Shown here: positions 1 through 8,906 of the stretch, in pieces | Layout: each line of letters opens with the position of its first letter | Numbering within the stretch: position 1 is the first letter of the stretch | Program-made: the position numbers and the translations under genes | Origin: a virus | Taxonomy: Duplodnaviria; Heunggongvirae; Uroviricota; Caudoviricetes | Strand: one strand, 5' to 3' | Virus record (IMG/VR): IMGVR_UViG_3300042892_004166 | Span: 15,097 to 79,096 of that record | Length of the DNA stretch: 64,000 nucleotides | Notes under the pieces: model-generated | Told to the model about the DNA's origin: nothing | The model's input: only the letters and a program-made list of their open reading frames with translations | The model's database searches: none

Positions 1-2244
1 GAAGTACTTAGTGGACAAAAAGACCTTGCTGGAAATGGAAAGGGAGTAGATTTAAGTAAACCAAAATCTATGTTTGCACTTGCAGGAGCAACGACTCTTG
101 CGATGGTAGGAATTGCAATATCTATAGTATTAAGTGGAGCAATATTTAGTTTGATGCCAGTTATTACAGGTGGTCAATTTTTAACAGCATTAGCAGTTGC
201 AGTTATAATGATTCCAGCCGCTTTTGCATATTCAATGATTCTTAAAGCATCCAAAGATATTACAAAAGAACAATTAATGTTTGCAGCAGCAGCAATTCCA
301 TTAATGGCACTTGGTATTGTTGGAGCAGCTTACGCGTTTATGTTATTACCAAAAGGAGACAATTTAATAGCTCCAGATCCTATATGGGTCCTAAAATCTG
401 CTCTTGCTATTGGATTATTTGCAGTTGGTTTTTATTTTATTATGAAAGCAATTAAAGGAGCCAGTCCTAAAGAACTTCTTTATGGTGCCTTGGCAATTCC
501 ATTAATAGCACTATCATTAGTAGCAATTTCAGTTATATTTATGATGCTTCCGCAAGGAGACAATTTAATGGCGCCGGATCCTATATGGACTCTTAAATCT
601 GCACTTGCAATTGGACTTTTTGCAGTTGGATTTTATTTCATTATGAAAGCTATCAAAGGAGCTTCTCTTAGAGATATTATATTTGGTGCAGTAGCAATTC
701 CAGTTATGGCAATTGGTATTGTTTTGACATCTTGGATTTTTATGGCTCTTCCGGAAGGAGACAATTTAAAAGCGCCAGACCCTATGTGGGTTCTTAAAGC
801 TGGTTTTGCCATGCTTATTTTTGCAATTCCTTTTTATATAATTTCAAAAGCAATCAGTGGAATGAGTCTGAAAGAAATGTTATTTATGGCAGTTGCAATT
901 CCAATAATTGCATTTGGAGTTCTTGCAACCGCATGGATTTTTCAAGGACTTGCTGGGATTAAATTTGAAGCACCCGAACCTGAATGGAGTCTTAAAGCCG
1001 CACTTTCTGTTGTCCTATTCGGAGCTATGATGTATCTTTCAAGCAAAAGTATTGGAAAATTAAGTATGGGTGATATGCTTAAAGCCCTATTAGGGGTTGT
1101 TGTAGCATCATTCGCAGTAATTGCAGTTGCATTGTTATTTTCAATGTTACCAGGTACATTTATTGCTCCACCAATGGATTGGACATTATCTGCCGCTTTA
1201 GCAATTGGTGCATTTGCCATTGTTATTTCGGGAGTTGGTATAGCTGTACAAGCATTGAGTCCAGCGACACTTCTTTTAGGAGCACTAGGTATTATAGTAA
1301 TTGCAATAACAATCGTGGCAGTTGGTTGGATTCTTTCCTTATTAGCACCGGCTATGCCAGCGCTTAAAGGAGTTGCCAGTGGATTTGTCGATATTGTAAT
1401 GATGCCGGTAAATGCTATTATCACAGCATTTGCCCGATTTAAAGATGAAATTGGAATTGAAAATATGATTCCTCTTGCTATTGGTGTTGCTGCCTTAGGA
1501 GGCGCTTGGTTAATATTTTCTGCTGCAGTAGCTGGTGGAGATGTTGCAGGATTACTTGGTTCGGCAGCCGGAGCAGTTGGAGCAATTTTTAATGGAATCT
1601 CATCTCTTTTCGGAGGTAGTACTCCTTCACCTCTTGATATATTAAGGGAACTTGCAACGCTCGGACCACAAATACAAACACTAGCAGCACCGCTTACTGC
1701 TGTTGGTACTGGATTTGCTCTTATTAATAAATCAGCAAACGGAGTTTCTAAAGCATTTGAAAGCGTTACTAAATTTGTCGGAGACACTGATGCTGATGAT
1801 TTAACTGCAAACGCAAAATCATTAAGTAGTATTGCAAACTCTTACGCTAAGATTTCAAATGCAAGCCGAACATTAAATGTTAAAGCAATTGAAACTACTA
1901 CAAACATGTTTAAAGCCCTTACGGATCTTGCCAAGAATAATGGACAATCTGCAATGGGAGTCTTAGCCGATAAATTACTGGTTGCTGTTAAAGAACTTAC
2001 TGGAGCAGCTAAAAATCTTGAAGATAGTGTTGCAAAACAAGGAGATAATACTAGCGCTGCCGCAGATGTTGTTTCTGGAGCATTTAACAATATTAAAGAA
2101 ACTGTTACTGGAGTTAAAAAGGATGTAAGCAAAATGACAGCCGATGCAAAAGGTGTTATGGACCTTCAGCCACTTATTGATGCAATAACATCATTAGAAG
2201 AACGTTTTGATACATTCATTACTGTTAAGATCAAACCAGAATAA
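1..2244 (+). CDS. Partial (5' open at window edge; alternative internal ATG at 70) multi-pass membrane protein with five tandem ~67-aa repeats and an Ala/Gly-rich C-terminal region; possible tape-measure or internal/ejection protein
   Basis: Frame 1 has no stop from position 1. The repeat unit LP(K/Q/E)GDNLxAPDPIWxLKSALAIGLFAVGFYFIMKAIKGAS recurs at 201-nt spacing (340, 541, 742, 943, 1144). Hydrophobic helices throughout. Minus-strand ORFs here are shadows of this gene. Confidence 0.45.
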   Translation, partial: EVLSGQKDLAGNGKGVDLSKPKSMFALAGATTLAMVGIAISIVLSGAIFSLMPVITGGQFLTALAVAVIMIPAAFAYSMILKASKDITKEQLMFAAAAIPLMALGIVGAAYAFMLLPKGDNLIAPDPIWVLKSALAIGLFAVGFYFIMKAIKGASPKELLYGALAIPLIALSLVAISVIFMMLPQGDNLMAPDPIWTLKSALAIGLFAVGFYFIMKAIKGASLRDIIFGAVAIPVMAIGIVLTSWIFMALPEGDNLKAPDPMWVLKAGFAMLIFAIPFYIISKAISGMSLKEMLFMAVAIPIIAFGVLATAWIFQGLAGIKFEAPEPEWSLKAALSVVLFGAMMYLSSKSIGKLSMGDMLKALLGVVVASFAVIAVALLFSMLPGTFIAPPMDWTLSAALAIGAFAIVISGVGIAVQALSPATLLLGALGIIVIAITIVAVGWILSLLAPAMPALKGVASGFVDIVMMPVNAIITAFARFKDEIGIENMIPLAIGVAALGGAWLIFSAAVAGGDVAGLLGSAAGAVGAIFNGISSLFGGSTPSPLDILRELATLGPQIQTLAAPLTAVGTGFALINKSANGVSKAFESVTKFVGDTDADDLTANAKSLSSIANSYAKISNASRTLNVKAIETTTNMFKALTDLAKNNGQSAMGVLADKLLVAVKELTGAAKNLEDSVAKQGDNTSAAADVVSGAFNNIKETVTGVKKDVSKMTADAKGVMDLQPLIDAITSLEERFDTFITVKIKPE
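340..1344 (+). repeat. Tandem 201-bp in-frame coding repeats (5 copies, decaying identity) inside the first gene
   Basis: Near-identical nucleotide blocks at 340-540 and 541-741. Later copies are more diverged. Confidence 0.7.
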
Positions 2245-2286
2245 ACAAACCACGCATTTTTTATATAATATAAAATTTATAAAATT

Positions 2287-2541
2287 ATGAAATACCTTTA
2301 TTTTAGTGCACCGTGGTGCGGACCTTGCAAACAATTAGCACCAAAAATGGAATTAGTTGCAGAAAGTGTTACTGTTGAAAAAATCTTAGTAGATTCAGAC
2401 ACAGAAACAACCGAAAAGTATGGAATCCGAAATATTCCAACAGTAGTATTAATTAATGAGAATGGAGTTGAACTTGAAAGATTTGTAGGAGTTAATCCAG
2501 TTGAATTCTATCTTGAAAAATTTGAGAATCATGCCAACTAA
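2287..2541 (+). CDS. Thioredoxin
   Basis: WCGPC active-site motif near the N-terminus (SAPWCGPCKQ). ~84 aa, thioredoxin-size. Confidence 0.8.
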   Translation: MKYLYFSAPWCGPCKQLAPKMELVAESVTVEKILVDSDTETTEKYGIRNIPTVVLINENGVELERFVGVNPVEFYLEKFENHAN

Positions 2542-2845
2542 AGAATCAATTGTTCAACGATTATTAGACGAGAAATTAATAACTGCTAAAGAAGCAGTTG
2601 TCTTATTAAAGACTGAAAATACTAAATGGTTACCAAATCCAAATCCATGGATTGGTCCTGGAACAACCTTGCCGTATCAGCCATACACTGCTCCAAATAC
2701 ACCATATAATCCAATGTTTCCGCAGTGTGATTGGACTTTTCGACCAGAAAACCAGCCGTTGTATGGGAAATATACAACACATACAGGAACTGCAAACCCT
2801 AATTCATTTGCGCATACTACAAACGAGAACTTTTGCGCTAAATAA
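2501..2845 (+). CDS. Hypothetical Pro-rich protein (start uncertain, overlaps thioredoxin 3' end)
   Basis: ORF only; PNPNPW and PYxP repeats. Confidence 0.35.
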   Translation: MNSILKNLRIMPTKESIVQRLLDEKLITAKEAVVLLKTENTKWLPNPNPWIGPGTTLPYQPYTAPNTPYNPMFPQCDWTFRPENQPLYGKYTTHTGTANPNSFAHTTNENFCAK

Positions 2846-2850
2846 AAAAG

Positions 2851-2887
2851 CCAAGGTTATTTACCTTGGCCTTTATAAGCTTTTTTG
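2851..2887. terminator. Bidirectional rho-independent terminator
   Basis: Hairpin CCAAGGT-tattt-ACCTTGG flanked by an A-run upstream and a T-run downstream. It closes the + gene ending 2845 and the - ORF 2857-2994. Confidence 0.6.
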
Positions 2888-2994
2888 TATTTTTGGGCTC
2901 CTTTATTCTTAGTACTTTTAGTTTTAGAATGAACCCCTTTTCTTTTCTTTTTTGGAGTTGCGTTGAAAGCCCCTCCTGTAGTGCCTTTTGCCAT
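2857..2994 (-). CDS. Small (45 aa) highly basic K-rich protein on the minus strand (MAKGTTGGAFNATPKKKRKGVHSKTKSTKNKGAQKYKKAYKGQGK)
   Basis: Hand-translated ORF below the track cutoff. It converges on the bidirectional terminator and is one of very few minus-strand candidates. Confidence 0.35.
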   Translation of the reverse strand: MAKGTTGGAFNATPKKKRKGVHSKTKSTKNKGAQKYKKAYKGQGK

Positions 2995-3048
2995 GATGTA
3001 TGAATATTTTTAGATTAGATTATTTATCTAAACTTTTTGTAAAAAATT

Positions 3049-3105
3049 ATTGAAAAAGTTTTACCGCGTCAGGTTTTTTGTTTATATTTACACTATAATT
3101 AAAAT
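3049..3105 (+). promoter_or_regulatory. Intergenic cassette copy (degenerate hairpin half + TTGTTTATATTTACACTATAATTAAAA core)
   Basis: Matches the recurrent core TTG(A/T)TTATATTTACA. ATG at 3115. Confidence 0.5.
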
Positions 3106-3114
3106 ATATAGAAT

Positions 3115-3705
3115 ATGAAGAAAATTAAACTATATGAACAATTTATAGAAGAGAGAAGCGGAGAGCTTTTTAATCCTAAGAAAAACAAACCAGTCATATT
3201 AAAACCGACTAAAGATACAGAATTAGAAAAGGAATTCTTTAATCTTATTAGTACAGCGTACTCTGAGATTGGAGGACATATCAAGGTACAATCACCTAGT
3301 GATGTATTTAAAGACCCTGATTGGAACTATTGGGAGGGAATAGATATTCACGGCAGTAATGATTTTGATGTTATCATGTTTGGTGAAAAAACCCGATTTG
3401 GACTTAAATTCTCAGGAGTTGGCCATGATGGAACCAAAGATGCTAAGAGAGATTATATGGATAGACGAGGAAAAGAATTAAAACAACTTGGATATTATAT
3501 AGAAGTTTCTGGTAAAATTGCCGAAATCTTAATTAATAAGTACCAAGTACCTATTGTAACCGACCAAGAAACAGTAGAAAAGGTCTTGGGTAAAAAGGTC
3601 GATTGGATTGGAAACCTAGACGGTGGAACTGGCGGAGGTTGGTATAGTCGAACTATAGGTGGAGGAGCCCATGAAAAAGTAATGTTAGGTAAACCAAAGG
3701 TATAG
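3115..3705 (+). CDS. Capsid-targeting-sequence (CTS)-like family protein 1, function unknown
   Basis: N-terminus MKKIKLYEQFIEE is paralogous to the N-termini at 14949, 15890 and 16395. It resembles the T4 internal-protein CTS MKTYQEFIAE and the (L/I)xE prohead-protease site. Confidence 0.5.
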   Translation: MKKIKLYEQFIEERSGELFNPKKNKPVILKPTKDTELEKEFFNLISTAYSEIGGHIKVQSPSDVFKDPDWNYWEGIDIHGSNDFDVIMFGEKTRFGLKFSGVGHDGTKDAKRDYMDRRGKELKQLGYYIEVSGKIAEILINKYQVPIVTDQETVEKVLGKKVDWIGNLDGGTGGGWYSRTIGGGAHEKVMLGKPKV

Positions 3706-3706
3706 T

Positions 3707-4216
3707 ATGAAAGCACTATTTTTACATGGTCTTGAAAGTAAAGCTAGGAGTCAAAAGTCAGAGTTCTTAGCAAAGTTTGATGCCGAATGTCCTGTAATGG
3801 ACTACAAAAATCCTGGGATGTTTAATGAAATCTTAGCAAAGATACAAAATAATAGACCAGACGTTTTAATTGGAAGCTCAATGGGAGGATGGTTTGCATA
3901 TTGTCTTTCAACAATCACTGGAATACCAACTATTCTTTTTAATCCAGCAGTTCATAGTCGTTCAATGGAACCAGCAGTACAAATTGGAAGTATGAAAGCA
4001 AATCATACTGTTATTCTTGGTAAGAGGGATAATTTAATTAACCCTGAAGGGACAATTGAATGGGTTAAAAAGAATCCTGGAAATTTTAATATTCACTTTG
4101 AAAGTAATGGACATCAAACACCAATAAATGTATTTAAGAAATATGTACTAAATTCTGGCTATCTTAATGAGATGCAGAGAATTAAAATGTTTGAGGAATT
4201 CAAAAACATAGATTAA
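3707..4216 (+). CDS. Alpha/beta-hydrolase fold esterase (YqiA/YcfP-like)
   Basis: MKALFLHGLES N-terminus, GSSMGG nucleophile elbow (GxSxG). Confidence 0.55.
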   Translation: MKALFLHGLESKARSQKSEFLAKFDAECPVMDYKNPGMFNEILAKIQNNRPDVLIGSSMGGWFAYCLSTITGIPTILFNPAVHSRSMEPAVQIGSMKANHTVILGKRDNLINPEGTIEWVKKNPGNFNIHFESNGHQTPINVFKKYVLNSGYLNEMQRIKMFEEFKNID

Positions 4217-4219
4217 AAA

Positions 4220-4291
4220 CTTTAACATAATTTTAACACTCCAGATTTTACCGTCTGGAGTTTTTTGATTATATTTACATATCTAATTAAA
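4220..4291 (+). promoter_or_regulatory. Intergenic cassette: TTTAACA direct repeat + hairpin CTCCAGAttttaccgTCTGGAG + T-run + TTGATTATATTTACAT core
   Basis: Conserved element, 21 copies in window. ATG at 4301. Confidence 0.6.
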
Positions 4292-4300
4292 TTAAACACC

Positions 4301-4438
4301 ATGGAAAAGAAAAAACTTACAAAAATAAACTTCACATTAGAGGAATGGTTTGATGCCCTAAAAGTACCGGCACCGTATCGTAATAAAAAGAAGTATTATA
4401 AGAAAATAAAGCATAAAGATAAATCCGAGGATTTATAA
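4301..4438 (+). CDS. Small basic hypothetical protein (45 aa)
   Basis: ATG 10 nt after cassette core; hand-translated. Confidence 0.3.
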   Translation: MEKKKLTKINFTLEEWFDALKVPAPYRNKKKYYKKIKHKDKSEDL

Positions 4439-4715
4439 AAACTTGTACCATTTAAAAATTAATAATAAACGCCATGAAACAAAATGTAAAAAGCAATCTC
4501 CAGTTTGCATTATGCTGTATTATTGTCTTAATACTTACAGCTCTAGTTGCTCACTTTTCACCTGTAATGTAATATGAAAAATTATATTTTATTCACAAGA
4601 TGTAAAAATAGTATCTTGATAGCCATACTATGCATTAAACTAAGTTGGAATCCCAAACCCCACGGGGCAGCCAGAGCATTGGACAAGAAATATAAGGCTA
4701 GCACTTTTGCAATAT

Positions 4716-4797
4716 GTTAATAACTTTAACAAAAAATTAACACAAAATAGTTTCCGGATTCAAAAAAGTTGATTATATTTACATATCTAATTAAAAC
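4716..4797 (+). promoter_or_regulatory. Intergenic cassette copy (GTTAATAACTTTAACA...TTGATTATATTTACATATCTAATTAAAAC)
   Basis: Conserved element; ATG at 4806. Confidence 0.55.
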
Positions 4798-4805
4798 AAA
4801 GAAAT

Positions 4806-4961
4806 ATGACGACATTTAAGTTCAATACAGTATCAGAAGCAATGGGTCAATTAAGCCACTTAGGTTGCACCGATTACGAATTCACTAATACAAAGACCCA
4901 AATCACAGTGATAGGTATTAATGGCAAAAAGAAGGTTGCAAAAGCAATAATTAAAAAATAA
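4806..4961 (+). CDS. Small hypothetical protein (51 aa)
   Basis: ATG right after cassette; hand-translated. Confidence 0.3.
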   Translation: MTTFKFNTVSEAMGQLSHLGCTDYEFTNTKTQITVIGINGKKKVAKAIIKK

Positions 4962-4965
4962 AAGC

Positions 4966-5280
4966 ATGGGATATTGGACAACCGCATTTGGAAAACGTAA
5001 AAGATTTAATCGAATAGGACATCAACATTTGTCTAACATCTTATGGTTCAAAGAGGTCTTTAATAATGCAACAATCTATAATGATAGGGCTTATGGAGAA
5101 TTACTTTTAGAACTTCGTATAAGATACGATGGCAAACGAAAACCATGGAAACCCTTACCAATTCCAAATGAAATCGATTGGTTAATTCAAATGGGTCTAA
5201 TTATTAACGAGGATATAGTCTTCAAAGGTACAAAAATAGGTTCAATCAAACATATTAATTTAACACTTAAACAAATATAA
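4966..5280 (+). CDS. Hypothetical protein
   Basis: ORF track. Confidence 0.4.
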   Translation: MGYWTTAFGKRKRFNRIGHQHLSNILWFKEVFNNATIYNDRAYGELLLELRIRYDGKRKPWKPLPIPNEIDWLIQMGLIINEDIVFKGTKIGSIKHINLTLKQI

Positions 5281-5323
5281 AAACAGCATGCGTAAATGCA
5301 AGCAATAATTAAAAAATAAGACT

Positions 5324-5500
5324 ATGCTAGACGAATTACAAAAAGTTTGCACAAAACAAAATGCATTAATGTTATCAATGAGTAAAGAATCATGTGATGA
5401 TATTCATTCAGTATTAAGAAGTAAACAATTAGCCGAAAGCATAATTGAACTTGAAATTAAAAAACAATTATTAATAGATTTAATAGCTAAACTAGTTTAA
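5324..5500 (+). CDS. Small hypothetical protein (58 aa)
   Basis: Hand-translated ORF filling the gap. Confidence 0.25.
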   Translation: MLDELQKVCTKQNALMLSMSKESCDDIHSVLRSKQLAESIIELEIKKQLLIDLIAKLV

Positions 5501-5502
5501 TC

Positions 5503-5919
5503 ATGGAAAAACTATCAAACTTAAAATGGTACCTTGCACTTCCAATATGGTATGCAATAATGACAACGGTCGTATTTATAATATGGTTTGGACTCTCTCA
5601 AGCAATGGGAGGACCTGAAGATGTATTTACAAATCCAGTGACATCTCTTAAATTTTCAAGCCTAATGTCAATTCCATTTACTGCTATTGCCCTACTTATG
5701 GTTAGCATGTCAAAGTCCAATACATTATTCTGGGACAGGGCCGAAGAGGTTAGTGAAAGAATCGAAGCTGCTGAAACTTCAAAGGAACTGCATGCAATAA
5801 TCAATGATGAATTTATAGAAGGTGGAACTCTTAGAAGATTATCAGGTGGAGGACCCCACTATGATAAAATGAAACAAATGCTAGCCATTATAAAAACTAA
5901 AATTAAATACGTAAAATAA
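5503..5919 (+). CDS. Membrane protein (2 TM helices) hypothetical
   Basis: ORF track; hydrophobic segments. Confidence 0.4.
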   Translation: MEKLSNLKWYLALPIWYAIMTTVVFIIWFGLSQAMGGPEDVFTNPVTSLKFSSLMSIPFTAIALLMVSMSKSNTLFWDRAEEVSERIEAAETSKELHAIINDEFIEGGTLRRLSGGGPHYDKMKQMLAIIKTKIKYVK

Positions 5920-6125
5920 TGGACGGAATTATTAAATGGGAAGTAGACCATGATTATACTGTTGATAGTTATTTATTAGTAGGAGATTACAATGGACACC
6001 GTTTTGTAAAACCTGTCTTAAAATATTTCTGGGGAATTCCATTAATGTATGCAAAATGGTGCATAACCAGAAATTACACTATTTTATATCCTGAACAATT
6101 TAAAAAAACAAGTAATGAGCAATAA
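5919..6125 (+). CDS. Hypothetical protein
   Basis: ORF track; ATGA overlap with upstream gene. Confidence 0.35.
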   Translation: MDGIIKWEVDHDYTVDSYLLVGDYNGHRFVKPVLKYFWGIPLMYAKWCITRNYTILYPEQFKKTSNEQ

Positions 6126-6777
6126 AGAAAAAAACATCGATGATGCATTAGAAGGATTAAAATTAATGAATGCTTTTATTTCAAATTCAGGTGGAATGCT
6201 TGAGAGTATCTTTGGAGGTTTACATAAACCTGAACCGATAGAAAAATATCCATACCAAAAATTAGGAGATGGATATGAACTTCGACCGATTCCTCTTACA
6301 AAAAAACAATCTGAAAACTCTAGAATTGTAGGGATGAAATATTCTCACCTATATCATAATGACCTTAAAGTATCGGACTTAATCTTTCGTAAAGGCGGAC
6401 TTGGCGGAACTTTTAAAGATGGTTATTGCTCTTTAATTAATTACGTTAAAACAAAACAACCAAAAAAGAACGATAATGGTTTTTCATTTGGAACCCATGT
6501 AATTATTAATAGACTTGGAGAAATTTGTTTAAATAGGGAAAGTTTAGATTATCCATACCATATAGGAGGACATCTTGCTTCGATTGGTAATTACATATAT
6601 GATTTACGAACTGGAAATGCAATTGCACCTAAAAGTTCACCAACAATCCAAGGAGTCAACTGTATAATTATCAATCATACATATAGTTGGTATGACAAAG
6701 AGATAGCATTACCATTAGGAATCTACCGAATAGATTTTCAAACTGCCGAAATAACTAAAATTGACGAAGTAAAATAA
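6115..6777 (+). CDS. Hypothetical protein
   Basis: ORF track. Confidence 0.4.
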   Translation: MSNKEKNIDDALEGLKLMNAFISNSGGMLESIFGGLHKPEPIEKYPYQKLGDGYELRPIPLTKKQSENSRIVGMKYSHLYHNDLKVSDLIFRKGGLGGTFKDGYCSLINYVKTKQPKKNDNGFSFGTHVIINRLGEICLNRESLDYPYHIGGHLASIGNYIYDLRTGNAIAPKSSPTIQGVNCIIINHTYSWYDKEIALPLGIYRIDFQTAEITKIDEVK

Positions 6778-6783
6778 AAAGAT

Positions 6784-6975
6784 ATGAAAATAGTTAAACG
6801 AAGCATTTTTTCGAATCCAATAGGGTCTATGACTATATGGTTAATACCAACAATGTCCTATTTTTTTGGTAAAGTTGGAGGAATTGAATATAATAGAGAA
6901 TGGATATGGTGGGTTGGAATACCTACATTAATTTTAGGATGGTTGGTATTAAACTTTAAAATAAAGAAAATATGA
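6784..6975 (+). CDS. Small membrane protein
   Basis: ORF track; hydrophobic. Confidence 0.35.
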   Translation: MKIVKRSIFSNPIGSMTIWLIPTMSYFFGKVGGIEYNREWIWWVGIPTLILGWLVLNFKIKKI

Positions 6976-7121
6976 AAGTAATCTACATGGAACACACATT
7001 AAACCTGATGGCTACAACCGATTTAGAAGTAGTTAGGAGACTTGTAACCTATGGAACGGTAAAACGTACTGAGGTTGGAACTTATTTAGTAATTGAAACA
7101 AAACCCGAAGAACAAATATAA
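6972..7121 (+). CDS. Small hypothetical protein (49 aa)
   Basis: Hand-translated; ATGA overlap with upstream stop. Confidence 0.25.
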   Translation: MKVIYMEHTLNLMATTDLEVVRRLVTYGTVKRTEVGTYLVIETKPEEQI

Positions 7122-7126
7122 TTATT

Positions 7127-7345
7127 ATGGAAAAATTAACTACAGGAATCGGATTAATCTTTGCTGGGATAGCATTATTAGTCGTGGCTGCAATCTTATT
7201 TGCATGGCCAGTACAATTATTATGGAATGGATGTTTAATTAGTGCAGTTGATGGAGTTCACCCAATCACATTTTGGCAAGCTCTTGGATTGAATTTCTTA
7301 TTTTCAATCCTATTCAAAGGAACTTCAACCTCAAGCAAAAAATAA
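7127..7345 (+). CDS. Small membrane protein
   Basis: ORF track. Confidence 0.35.
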   Translation: MEKLTTGIGLIFAGIALLVVAAILFAWPVQLLWNGCLISAVDGVHPITFWQALGLNFLFSILFKGTSTSSKK

Positions 7346-7346
7346 A

Positions 7347-7544
7347 ATGATACACAATATCATTTTGTACTTATTATTTGGTGTGTCCTATTCATTTGGG
7401 ATGCACCAACTAAGAGAACTGTTAAATGAGAGTAATCCGATTGGAATCCATTTAAAACCATATACAAGGTTTGAACATGTCTTATTGGCCGTATTTTGGC
7501 CATTCTTTCTAATAGTATTTATTGTTTCATTTTTTAAATCTTAA
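7347..7544 (+). CDS. Small membrane protein
   Basis: ORF track. Confidence 0.35.
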   Translation: MIHNIILYLLFGVSYSFGMHQLRELLNESNPIGIHLKPYTRFEHVLLAVFWPFFLIVFIVSFFKS

Positions 7545-7545
7545 T

Positions 7546-8391
7546 ATGCCAGAATTAGCAGAACTTAAACTTACAGCAGCGTATATTAATACAGTATCTG
7601 AAGGTCTTTTTTTTAATAAGATTGAAAAGAATCCCGTGCATAAAGGGGTTGAAATTGATGCAGAATCTACGGTTTTTAAAATTAGTGCAAAGAGCCGAGG
7701 AAAAGAATTGATGGTGTATTTAATCTCTCCAATCGGATATGTTTCTCTCAGAATGAACATGGGTATGGCTGGACATTTTCAAATAACCCCAACAGGTAAA
7801 GAATCAAAACATGCCCATCTTAAGTTCTATTCAGAATGTGGAAAGACCCTGAGTTTTGTAGATGTTCGACGATTTGGAAAGTGGAAAGTTGAAAGCGACT
7901 GGTCAGCGGACAGAGGACCAGACCCCACACAGGACTTTGAAGGATTCCAAAAAAACATAATGGACAATATTGACAAGAAGGAATTTGATAAACCAGTTCA
8001 CTTGGTAATGATGAACCAGAAGTACTTTAATGGAATTGGAAACTACTTACGAGCTGAGATTTTATATAGAGTTGCAGATGCAAATCCATTCCTTCCGGCT
8101 AGAGAGATTCTGCAACAATACCCTGACATTTTAACCTTATGCCGAGAAATACCGCAACTTGCCTACGTAATGGGAGGTGGAAGTATTAAAGACTGGAAAA
8201 ACCCCTTTGGATTAGACGCCGCTCCAGAACATTTCTTTCAATGTTACTCAAATCCAACTATGGCAAATATAGTTGATGCCAATGGTCGAAGATTTTGGTA
8301 CGACCGGAAATGGGACCTTGTTGAATTTGACTCTGATACTTGGTGTCACTATAGCGGAATGCCAAGCCCTGAAGCATACACTAAAAAATAA
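7546..8391 (+). CDS. Fpg/Nei-family DNA glycosylase (H2TH, zincless C-terminus)
   Basis: N-terminal MPELAEL matches the Fpg catalytic Pro2/Glu3. NMGMAGHF, DVRRFGKW and NGIGNYLRAEILYRVADANP match the Fpg HLGMSG / DPRRFG / H2TH motifs. True start is 7546, not the track's 7522. Confidence 0.7.
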   Translation: MPELAELKLTAAYINTVSEGLFFNKIEKNPVHKGVEIDAESTVFKISAKSRGKELMVYLISPIGYVSLRMNMGMAGHFQITPTGKESKHAHLKFYSECGKTLSFVDVRRFGKWKVESDWSADRGPDPTQDFEGFQKNIMDNIDKKEFDKPVHLVMMNQKYFNGIGNYLRAEILYRVADANPFLPAREILQQYPDILTLCREIPQLAYVMGGGSIKDWKNPFGLDAAPEHFFQCYSNPTMANIVDANGRRFWYDRKWDLVEFDSDTWCHYSGMPSPEAYTKK

Positions 8392-8399
8392 ATATTTAT

Positions 8400-8879
8400 A
8401 TGACTGGAAAAATTGCAATTGTCGGAGCTGCTGCTACCGGTAAGGATTACTTAAGAAAACGAATGATGGACAAGGGATTTGTGTATGGAGTTTCATGTAC
8501 AACCCGTTTACCTAGAGAGGGCGAAGTTCATGGAAAGGACTATTATTATCTAACAACTGAGGAATTTGATTCTAAAATTGAAAGAGGAGAATTTGCAGAA
8601 TGGCAAGAATTTAATGGTTGGAAATATGGCCTAACCAAAGATGAATTTGAGCGATGCGATGTGATGATTCTAAATGCTGAGGCTGTTACTCTGCTTGAAC
8701 AGGACTACAGAAACAGGGTCTTTGTAATATACTTAGACATCCCAGAAGAGATTCGTAGAGAGCGCCTAGGTGATCGAAATGATAAAAATGATTCAACTGA
8801 CAGAAGAATTTCAGCAGATAATGAACAATTTAGAAACTTTTTTGATTTTGATTGTAAAATAACTAATGAAAACTTTTAA
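8400..8879 (+). CDS. Guanylate kinase-like nucleoside monophosphate kinase
   Basis: SCTTRLPREGEVHGKDYYYLTTEEF aligns with the GK motif SATTRxPRxGExDGxDYxFV. P-loop-like GAAATGK. Confidence 0.6.
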   Translation: MTGKIAIVGAAATGKDYLRKRMMDKGFVYGVSCTTRLPREGEVHGKDYYYLTTEEFDSKIERGEFAEWQEFNGWKYGLTKDEFERCDVMILNAEAVTLLEQDYRNRVFVIYLDIPEEIRRERLGDRNDKNDSTDRRISADNEQFRNFFDFDCKITNENF

Positions 8880-8906
8880 TAATATATAATACCTAAAACA
8901 ATTCAA

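Noticed and set aside
942-2132. Minus-strand ORFs 942..1787 and 1842..2132 and plus ORF 1179..1367
   Set aside because: They lie entirely inside the long repeat-containing plus-strand gene. They are low-complexity shadow frames of a GC-skewed, repeat-rich coding region.
2652-2912. ORF 2652..2912 (+) and 3099..3284 (-), 3495..3716 (-)
   Set aside because: They overlap better-supported genes or the terminator and promoter region in alternative frames; no supporting features.
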